DNA of 64,000 nucleotides from Marsupella aquatica (taxonomy: Eukaryota > Plantae > Marchantiophyta), in the NCBI GenBank assembly GCA_973895155.1, contig OZ316898.1, forward strand, positions 1,525,927-1,589,926. The letters are read 5' to 3'. The notes beneath the pieces were generated by a model, which made no database searches, was not told the origin of the DNA, and was given only the letters and a program-made list of their open reading frames with translations. The position numbers were made by a program, and so were the translations under genes. Positions 39,161 to 49,168 of the stretch are shown one piece after another (the first letter of the stretch is position 1; each line of letters opens with the position of its first letter).

Positions 39161-39547
39161 TCAGTCTTGTGGCCTGTATCCAAAGGGCGTCCAACATGGA
39201 TTTGCAGCCGCACTGCAGCAAAACGGATTTGTTATAGCCACAGTTCCCGATGACAGACTATGGCGCTACTGTCGCAACCGAGGGACGAGGCCGCCCTCCT
39301 GCTGCAGCCATGGACGAGGCCGCGCTTCTGTTCTAACAATCAGCACCCATAACTCTTAGTGGCATCTCAATCGGAATTAAACAAAGAAACCATATGTTAC
39401 AAAACTCCTTCAACTTGCTACTGTAGTACCCAAATTGACAGCCAGACGTTCCAAATGAAAGCTTCTGATTTATTTACACCACATGCAGGCTCGATCATCA
39501 AGATAGTGCATGCTCAGAGAATCGGGTAGTTACGTTTCAATTCTCGT
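39161..39547 (-). pseudogene. secreted-peptide gene copy, 5'-truncated and frameshifted
   Basis: REL K|gtaact donor, homologous intron, exon 2 with (E)ARPRPW..AAGGRPRPSVATVAP* and a degenerate Cys tail. Confidence 0.72.
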
Positions 39548-41006
39548 GTGGACCGCCCACTGAAATCTTCCGGACCGTCCACTGAATTAGTTAAACGGTA
39601 ATCGATTCTTCTGAAACCCATTAAATCTTTGACGAGATTGACTCATTTTTTCAATATGCGATTTCGAAGACCTCACTGCTGTTAGAATTAGGACGTAAAC
39701 GCCATTTTGGTTGAGACATTGGTTAGCAGAGCAAACGTTCGCGGAAAGGTTTACTCTCGAGAATTGGGACACGTGCGTAGTGATGTTTCAGTTGTTAGAA
39801 CCGTGAACTAGTTTCTCGCGTCTTACTTCAAATCGCCTGTAACTTAAGGGTGGACGGTTCTGACGAGGCTTAGAACGTCCAAGACTACCCCTTAATTCGA
39901 TTTTAAACCTAGAATTGGCTCTGGTTGAGGATCCAGTTAAGGAAGATGTTGATTTCCTGGTATCATACTACTTACATTTCTACTGAGGTACACTCTCTAC
40001 GGCGTATCCTGGTGTAAGTCACTGAATGATTACGCGATCTAACTGCATGCTATATATGGTGAGTCCTGTTTATATGATGCGACTGCACTACTTCTGGGAA
40101 TCACGGCGTATATCACTCCACTTTAATTTTGGTGATTACATAGTTCGTTAGGCGCACATACTTTTCTTAGCGGGGTTGATCTTTGGTTCCCTATGTCTTA
40201 CGATTGATCTCTTTCTGCCGTGGTGTCCTCCGGCATGCACATTAAGTGGGTCCCGTTGTGTATCCTGCATATCTGGATGCAACTCGTAATTCGATCCCGG
40301 GAATTCGATGCCAGACGTTCGGTTTCTGAGTACGGTTGGGTAACTATAAATTTCGGAAAGCATTTTCAGAGTTACTTGCCCGAATTGGTCCCTGCATGGA
40401 GACTCCAATGCCGACTCCGCTGCACTAAACAAGAAATGAAAGTCACAGGTGTTTTTCTTTTATTTGGTTATAACGCCCATTGTTGTAAAATGTGGCCAAA
40501 TAAATGCAAAATTGTAATGCTTGCGAGGCATGTAGCGTCCTAGCAACATTTCTCGATCACTTCTTTGCTTCCATAGTCAAATATCGTAACTTCTGCTCCC
40601 CGAAAAATAACGGCTTCAATCACTGGAGTAGGTTAATATTCAACACAGACTTTGATTGTGAATTATGTTAATAATAGATAGATAGATGTCTTCTGGAATA
40701 GTGGAAAGTATTGTAGCTGAGCGAACATCTCACAAAATCACTGCTTATCTTATTTTTCTTTGAAATAAGTCAAACAGGCAAGAGGGGTCTGAGACCGATA
40801 CTCAGGATAGAAGTAAAGGCAAATCTCTCTCCGTCTTGGTCAAAAAGTAAGATCGTCATCATAGTCGGGATGGTCACTGCGCAGGTCTTGAAGACTCGCA
40901 CTCTTCAATGATTAACTTTTGGTTCGTATGACGATCTTCGTCATCCAGTGAAGGCAGATTCGTAGATCAGATTCGGTAATGCTCAGCGAACAAAGATCCG
41001 GAAAAC

Positions 41007-41013
41007 TATAAAA
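41007..41013 (+). promoter_or_regulatory. TATA box of the peptide gene
   Basis: TATAAAA ~140 nt upstream of ATG 41149, followed ~25 nt later by a pyrimidine/CA initiator-like stretch. Confidence 0.6.
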
Positions 41014-41148
41014 TCCGTAGATAGCCAGCTCTCAACTCACATCTGAAATTCTGTCAATAGTACCTGATCGAGCTCTCCGGTCCACTCTGTTTGAACTTCT
41101 TCGATCTGGATTGCTCTCTTTGGAATACCTCGATCGTGCTTATCAACC

Positions 41149-41568
41149 ATGGGTCGTTCAGTGCGCTCTGCTGTTGTGGCTGCAATCGTCCTCATGTTCC
41201 TGCTTCTGTCCGTGTTTTCGTTCGAGATCGCCAACGCGTCACGAGCACCGATATCGAAACGTGACTACCCTATTCCCTTAGCATACACTAACTTGATGAT
41301 AGAGCCTGCACATGTTATAAATAAATCAAAAGCTTTCATTTGGAACGTCTGGCTGTCAATTGGGTACTACAGTAGCTACGTGAAGGAGTTTTGTAACACA
41401 TGGTTTCTAAGTTGAATTCAAATTGAGATGCCACTAACTGAGTTATGGTTGCTGATGGTTACAGCAGAATTCACGCCTCATTCATGGGCCGCAGCAGAAT
41501 CGCGGACTCATTCATCGGCTGCAGCAGAAGCGCTGCCTCATCCCTTGGCTGCAAAAGTAGCGCCATAG
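41149..41568 (+). CDS. small secreted peptide precursor, 2 exons (41149-41260, 41465-41568), 71 aa as spliced; Cys-rich tail continues to 41669 out of frame
   Basis: MGRSVRSAVVAAIVLMFLLLSVFSFEIANA (signal-peptide-like), SRAPISK, phase-1 intron, PEFTPHSWAAAESRTHSSAAAEALPHPLAAKVAP*; 30-bp internal repeats; donor position conserved in three copies. Confidence 0.6.
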
Positions 41569-42954
41569 TCTGTCTCAGGAACTGTGGCTGTGACAATCCA
41601 TTGTGCTACAGTGCGGCTGCAAATCCATGTTGCACGCCCTTTGGATGCAGGCCACAAGCTAGACTGTGAATGCTCTTCATTCATTAGTGCATGGCTAATT
41701 CAGCATGTTTCAATCTCAGAAAGCCTGAGCAATTTGAAGACACATGCTGTGTCACTTGGATGGGCTAGGTTCTTGGCCACAGTACGTATATATTGCATAT
41801 TTAAGGTCCAATGCTCAAAGTTATACAATGGCAGGCAGCTGGTTCCCCTATTCTACCCCTAGAAGTCGAACAATATATAATAGAGCAGCCGCCCACTGAG
41901 AGGAGGAATACATAATTATAGAGAGGTGAACATGTTATTATTGTTCTCTGCTAAGGGAAAAATGTAGACAGCCACGATCGAGTACATGTAATCATTCTCG
42001 GCATTCGTCTAGGAGAAAATGATGACGGAGCTGATTGGCCTGTTACATACAGCAAGGAAGAAAGAGTTTTAGGACAACACCATCTGAGCAACCATGTAAT
42101 ACCTTTGAGTATGCCATGCCGGCCTTGGGCTGCTTTTAATAAAATGTAGTGTGCCTATTCTTACTAAAGCTGTAGTGCAACTACGTATATATTTCTCGCT
42201 GCTAAAAATCGTTTGTGTTTCAGCACCCGTCTTGCATATATAGTTTCCCAGGCCAGGGTCGTACTTCCCATGGTGCTCCCGAATGAGGTGAGTTTGACTT
42301 TCAACCAAAGATAGTCCCTGAGAGCGTGGTTGATTGAAACATTAGAAACTATAATAAGAACTCGTACGTGCTTTTGCTTGTAGACATATCATATCATCAC
42401 CAAACTCCATAATAGTTTTAATTTTCCTCATGGTTCATGAATGGAACCTAGGTGGGAATCAAATCCTCATCGTTCTTTTGCACACTGTATAATGGATGCC
42501 ATTGGATCCCAAAAAAGCAGTTCACATACAGCAGGTAGGTACAGGGATGGGCTCGCGCGGAATGCTTGGATGATTGTCAATCACATGCACAGTTCAACTC
42601 TGGCCATAAGGAAGGTTGTCTCTCCTGGCAGTTAAACAAGATCTGGAACCCTTGAAAATGCACATGAAGAAATCTAAATTGGTGGATCCAAAAGTAAGAT
42701 GAGCGCATGCATGCAATCAAGCAACTATAGCTAAAACAGGAGATTTTCTGTTAGAAGAAATGCATGATATGAGATCGTAAAAATGAATGGCGATGGTTGC
42801 AAGTACTGTAATTGCGGTAGCAAGCTTGTGGGTTGACATTGTGCCGTTTCAATCTGTACTATTGAGGCACATAATCCTCTTCAGTTGTGTCAAAAAACAC
42901 GTGAGCCAAAAACCAAAGCTTTCTGAGTTTTGGTTTTCAGACACTTCTATGAAA

Positions 42955-43142
42955 ACTAGATCACATGCAAAACATATGGTCATTTATTGGTTCTCAGGAA
43001 TACTTTATATTTTTGTAGATTTGAAGAGCATTAGGGCTGGCATTAGGGTCTTTCTAATCCAATTTGAGATTTATGAAAATATAGAACTGTTTTATCCAAT
43101 TAATGGAACATTCCAGTAAATATTCCAAATTGATATGGGTTA
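42955..43142 (+). mobile_element. degenerate relative of the TIR element in gag
   Basis: Shares atcac.tgc...atttattggtt...atttttgtaga...cattagggtctttctaa...aatattccaa with 6888-7060; no intact ends seen. Confidence 0.5.
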
Positions 43143-43261
43143 AGATATTCAAGATTATTATATTCAAGAATACTATGCCATACGGGGACCAACCTGAATC
43201 GAAGTACAGTTAGGTTTCTTCATACCCGGAAAGCCAGTGCCTAGCATTAAATTACGAATTG

Positions 43262-43540
43262 CATCCAGATACGCCATAGAGTGTATACCTCAGAAGAAAT
43301 GTAAGTAGTATCAGCCCAGAGATCAATATCGTCGTTACTTGGATCCTCAACCAGAGTCTACTCCAGCTTTAAAATCGAATTACATGTTAGGCTTCTACGT
43401 TCTAAGCCTCGTGAGAACCGTCCACCCTAAAGTTACAGTCGTCTTGAATTAAGAGGCGAAAAAATAGTTCAGGTTTCTAACAATTGAAACATCTCTACGG
43501 AGCTGTGCTAATTCTTGAGAGTAAATCTTTCCGCGGATTT
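43262..43540 (-). repeat. inverted copy of peptide-gene upstream region
   Basis: Reverse complement similar to ~39740-40015. Confidence 0.75.
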
Positions 43541-44100
43541 TTGCCAAATTGTCCCATATCCACTGCCCACCACCGTGCATTCTGTACACAGCTGCTAACA
43601 TCAACAATGGCATCGGTCCTCAATGATTTGCCCTCAAACTCAAAGATGTCATCATGCCACTTCATTTAGGCTGCCATGCTCTAAGCCCCTTGTTAGGCAG
43701 GTCTGATGGCGGTTTCTCTGCTGACCCAAGGGCAAAGGCCGGAAACTTTCCTGCCCTTGCAGGTCCAGACCTTCCGTTGGGGAATAAACACGCGGGTACA
43801 CAAGATAGCCAGTACACCTGTTTCCAACTCTGCCGGAGTCAGGAAGTAGGGAAGCAGATTATGTCATCACTGAAGACCCATTTTTTTCCAAAAGTATATT
43901 AGGAATGCACAGGCCCGCACTCCTCACATGCGAGTGCTTGGTAGCGTCCCGGTAATTTTCACAGCAAAAAGCTACAACAGTCAGAGACGCAGGAGGAACA
44001 ACACTTAGTCATATAACAAACCAATTAAGTTTATGCTGGAACTTTCAACAACGGTTCTAGGAATTAAACCTAAGAACTCCCCATGTGCATCATAGTCTGG

Positions 44101-44162
44101 TAGGAATTGAACCTAAGTACTCCCCATGTGCATCATAGTGTTCTACCACTGAACTACGGCCC
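44101..44162 (-). mobile_element. tRNA-derived element (SINE head or tRNA pseudogene)
   Basis: GGGCCGTAGTTCAGTGGTAGAAC...GGTTCAATTCCTA: A and B boxes, D and T stems pair, 5-nt anticodon loop, no acceptor-stem 3' strand; 3' half duplicated at 44058-44100. Confidence 0.65.
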
Positions 44163-45062
44163 TTCATGCGTACACCATATATCTCTGGTTAAAGTGTGAT
44201 TCATTTCCAACAGTTTATCTTGATATGCAAAATGCAATCAACCTGGGCACAATCATACTACTTGGCGCATGACACAGTACACTGCATCCTGCTCCATTTT
44301 GATGTGAATTTATCAGAAAGGTCATGGTGGCTGGGGTATGTCCATATCTCATTTGGGTATGACTTGGGGGGAGGCATATACAATTTTACACACGGTCACT
44401 CACGCAATCAATTTTCGGCACTGCACATAATATTTGACTAGTTACACCCTATCGTCTGTGTTGTATATATAGTTTTATGCTGAGTCCCAGCCTAACACCT
44501 GTTTTGTCCTCAAGTCAATGTTTTTCTTGAATTTATGCAATGTGTCTCAGGTGACCATATAAAATCTCTTGAGTTTACCATTCAAATTCTCGAAACTTTG
44601 CAATGCCTATCTGCAACAATTCATCGTGTGATGTCTGACCCTATCTTTTTTTCTTTGATGATCGAGGGTCCCCCTGTTCTACACGTACACTTGTTATTTT
44701 CAGCCTAAGACTTGTGCTTTGTGAAGGTTCTAAGTCAGTCTATTGTAGGTCTCCACGAGTTAATGGCATTTGGCGGTGGAAATATCTGTCGGTCTATGTT
44801 CATCGCCTGCCCATTATTATTTTTAGGCTATTTAGAAGCTCAGTTACTTGAGATGTGTGGCGAATTGCAGACCCATTTGTAGCCTGTGAAATCTCAGTTT
44901 CTGACCAGTTCATTTCTAAAGACTTAGTAATAACTACTCTCTTTCTATCTGGCATGTCATTTTCATATGCAATGTAATCAATAGGCATCAGTTCTTTCAG
45001 TCGCTATAGGGCAGCTGGCGTTACTCAACAGAGTAGTTTTGCGTCGTCATAGTCACACAGAC

Positions 45063-45261
45063 GACGTTTGCTCTCGATTCCACGAGAGAAATAATTCCTT
45101 CATATCCCACATCTTGATAACCTACAGTTGACGTTTGCTCTCCATTCCACGAGAGAAATAAGTACTTTAGTCCCACATGTTGATAACCTACAGTTGACGT
45201 TTGCTCTCCATTCCACGAGAGAAATAACTACTTTAGTCCCACATGTTGATAACCTACAGTT
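45063..45261. repeat. three tandem 66-bp units
   Basis: gacgtttgctctccattccacgagagaaataa...gataacctacagtt at 45063, 45130 and 45196. Confidence 0.93.
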
Positions 45262-45680
45262 GTGGTCACGCCAGCGTATATCGTTGGATGGCAGAATGTA
45301 TGTATTTGGAGAGCTAGAGAGCCGACTTTGCCAGGTTGGCAGTGCAAAGGTTCAGGTGTTTTGATGTGGCTTGGCACAGGCGTGGAAACAGTGTGCCACT
45401 ATGAAGCAAGGAAGACCTCCTGGACGGGAAGGTTTATATATTTGGGGGCACTCATTGTTTTAAACTTGTGGGAGGATCTGAGATACCATGCGAAACGAGC
45501 ATCAAATCAAGACCATGTACGACAACCACCCCAATATTCAGGGGAGGTTGTGATAAAGTCACATAATTACGAAGTCACCAAACTGAATCCAATCAAAATC
45601 CGACAAGATCATCTGGAAAAGGTTCCAATCCCAACTCATAATTAATCGGTAGCAACCTCAGGCGCAAAACCCTTGTGGCT

Positions 45681-47401
45681 CTAACCGATTCCTCCTACTT
45701 CGTTCGGAGCAACATCACTTCCATCACCTGAAGCCCGTACAACGAACATTTTCTCTCCTGAAGCAGCAACAGACCTCTTCGTCCCATGATCCTCGTGAGA
45801 AGACGTTCTCATATCTCGACTTCTAATTCCTTGTTGCTGATCTTCATCAGGAAGCGCCACATTTGAGCTGTGGTTCTCCGGCAGCAATGAATATCTCCAA
45901 GACCACAATGAATCCCGGGCAGGAGGTTGTTGATGTCTCGGATCTTGTGGAGGAAACGGGTCAGGAATGTAAGGAGTAGGTCTACTGTATTCTACCAAAT
46001 CCGAACCAGCGGGAGCTCCAGTTGACTGAGCTGAAGGAAAAATGGTCGTTGCGTGCATTATCGCAGGCTTATGGAGAGTGTGCTGAGAATGGCCTCCAGA
46101 ACGTGTTCTGAACAGAGGTGTTGACTGAGCGTTGGGTCTGAAATGGCAACTCGCCTGATGAACATCTCTTTCCTCTTTTGTTGAGAATGCGGTCGTCCAA
46201 TCACTGTGGGGACAACACACGAACATGCATTTGAACACAACAAATCGGTCCCCTGCAAAGGCTTGGCCGAACGATCGCTTCCTCGGCCACGCTTCCATTA
46301 AATCTCCATCCTGCACTGCGGCAGACCCCACCTCAAGCTGCTCCTTCTCCCCGCCTCTCGTTAAAGGGCTTGAAGGCTCGTTTTTGGGCTGATAAGGTTC
46401 AAAATCCTCGATGGTTTCATCACTTGTAGAGAGAGAATCGTCACAATTATCAACGTCAAATTCGTGTGCACTGCTTTTTTCAAACCTTGAGGATCCAATG
46501 GTGTTAGTTGTGCTTCTCACCACTCCCGTCTTCTGCTGCCAGCCCAATACCTCCTTCTGGTTCAACACAGAGAGCCAAGTTGCACTCTCCTTGGCGGTCA
46601 TCTTATCCTGCAAGCCTTTCGATTGCCTTACCAGTCTCCTAATTTTCCGTCAGGGGACATATGCTTAATCACAGCAGTGAGACACCCACTTTCCAGGCCT
46701 TCTTTAGATCATGAGGCTTTTTGTAAGGAGGTGGTCCTTGCTCTTTCGGCACGCCTATTTGTGACCACCACTCCTCGTGTCCAGATGGCCACCACGGTGG
46801 TGGTGCTCCCTGCTCCAGAGGAAAACGCCGCTGGGGTGGGGTACAGTGTTGCATTAGAGCGGAGAGAAGCGAGCCCAGTGTGGTGTCTTGAAGCTCTTGA
46901 AGAGTGTGCGGAACTGGAGACGGAGTGCTATTCCCCTCCGGCTGAGACCGTCCATGCTCAGTCTGATACTTGGCAATGGCCAGGGGCCCATTCCTATCAA
47001 ATCGAACCTTGTCCTTCCATCAAGCACGAATGTTATCCGAAGACCCACGTACTCACGGGCTTGCCTTTCTCTGGAATGATGCCGTAAACGAAGCCTTGAG
47101 CATTGCACGCTTCCATCATTTTCAACATGTACTTGAGAATGCCATCCTGTGCCCTTGACATCTTCTTGCGAAGGGCCTGATCCAGCGTCTGCTTAAGCCT
47201 CGGCCTATCACGCCGCTCTCTACTTATTTGTCGATCCTTCATCCGTTTCAACTTCATGCTGTCCCTAACCATGCGCTTTTCCAGCTCATCAATGTCCTCA
47301 TCGCTGAGGTCGTAGTCTTGCATTCCGTCCTCTTCCGTGTCAACCATGAAATCCTCTATATCCATGTTGTTGCTATAATTGAACTCCCCGCCGTTACCCA
47401 T
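45681..47401 (-). pseudogene. EIN3: EIN3/EIL ethylene-response transcription factor pseudogene
   Basis: [105 protein letters not shown]. Lesions: +4 bp at 47047-47050, TGG>TGA at 47020-47022, frameshifts at ~46680 and ~46648. Likely 5'-UTR intron ~47449-47800. Confidence 0.95.
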
Positions 47402-49076
47402 CGGCAGCCAGTTCAGTCCTTTCTGAAAATTTGTGTCTCTACCTCTTCCTGGGGGATATAATAAACAAATGATGAGAAAATGTAGAATAAGTGGGTCACG
47501 ATTCAAGGACCGTGCTATATGTGAAAGTGAGTGAAGTGAGCGTTTTCACAGCATCTCATTAGCAACATTGTCGGAAAAGCAATGCCCAATTTAGAATCCG
47601 CTAAGAAAGGAGTAATGTCAGCTCAATTCAGGGCCCTCCTGTGCATTTCTTCTAGTGCGAGCTTCAAGAAAACTTCGAGCCTTGCTCACTCGCTTCCGCC
47701 GCTTAAAGGCCCTTCCCTTGTCTTTCTTTAAAAGCTCCATGACGCAATCTCAAGAAAGGGAAATGTAGTACATAGAAATTAAGAAAAGATGTAATCTCAC
47801 CTTCTGTCCTGGGTGAGCAATTCCAGGTGAGGAAATTCTGATGCGATTCCAAGTTGTTGCTGCTGCTGACGATGGCATCGGAAGGATCGTCCAGGTGATC
47901 CACCAGAAGCTTTTTGCTCTCTGCTGATTGCACTGCAGCCAATAGGGCAACAACAACAATAAAACTACATGAATTGCTGTCAATTGGCAACACTGCCGAA
48001 TTCTGCGATCACATCTCTACAAAACCACTAGGTCAGGCATCGAGGATCTTCATCGTGCAAACCTAAAGTCAGTTGCGTCAGTCACCAGACCACAACAGAT
48101 CTCAATTCCACTCACTTCCTGGTGTGACGAGGTCGACGGAACGAGTGCAGGATCTCCATCCAAACCCTAAATTTCACTCCACAATGAATTGATCACCAGG
48201 TGAGTTTCCTGGAGGGTGGGCCTTGGTGTATGCTCTGGCTGGCCTGCAACAACCCCTTTCTCTTCTCCACGACTCATACGTGAAGCGCCTCAATCACAGC
48301 CTGTGCATCGATGCCATCGCCCTGGCCACTGTGAAAAAACAACAAAGCCAACGCCCTCGCATGACTAAGAATAAGGACTCAGCAGCCATCGCCTTAGAGA
48401 GCACACTAGAACGAGACTTGAACGCGCTGAGGAAGCTGAAACAGACAGACTTGAACGAGGTCGAGAAGCTTGAGCTGGTTGAATGCATTCAACGACAGCG
48501 AGAAAATATGAAAGTCCTCTCAGCCCACTGCCTTACAAAATTGCGAGTCAGCTGCAATTCGTCATCACGATTTGAGCCACTGTCTGATAATTTGCGAGCC
48601 TGTTAATCGTCCTGCCAAATGAATTCATTCCTAGAAAGTGATGAGTCTGTATCGCAAAAATCGTCAAAAGAAGTGTAGAATGTAAAGGAGAAATTCGGAA
48701 GTCTTGACTTGCGGTGGGGCTCAATTCGCTCTTCCCGTACTAAGACCTTCTTCCAGTTCGAATCCTCTGCGCTTTGTTTTATGGAATCTTCCTCGATCGG
48801 AAGGACCTCTCATTCTCTCCACGAGAATGTCGATGAGGAACAACGCATACTTATCAGATCATTATCGTTATGGGTACTTCTACACGAGAGTTTTACATTT
48901 ACATATAATAAGGGGGGCTTTGAAGAAGTGAGTGTTGTGTGATAATCCCCAACTCAATCCCTCTTTCTCACTGAGGTGATGTTTATATATAGTACTAGCC
49001 CCAGACTAACCATTCTTTGAATATCTCCGACTCTTTTCTATGCACATCTTTAGTTTTTCTATCCTACATCCCACTT

Positions 49077-49168
49077 CACATATAATATGGTGGGGCCATA
49101 GACATCAGTTTTTAATATATTATGCACATATAATATGGTGGGGCCATAGAGATCAGTTTTTAATATAA
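49077..49168. repeat. tandem duplication, ~48-bp unit
   Basis: cacatataatatggtggggccataga.atcagtttttaatata twice. Confidence 0.85.

Larger units (their letters stand above)
37990..42595. repeat. segmental duplication block 2
   Basis: Direct repeat of block 1 with indels. Confidence 0.88.

Noticed and set aside
41149-41415. Unspliced 88-aa ORF from the ORF track
   Set aside because: Reads through an intron whose donor and acceptor are conserved in three copies
44101-44162. Functional tRNA gene
   Set aside because: 5-nt anticodon loop and no acceptor stem
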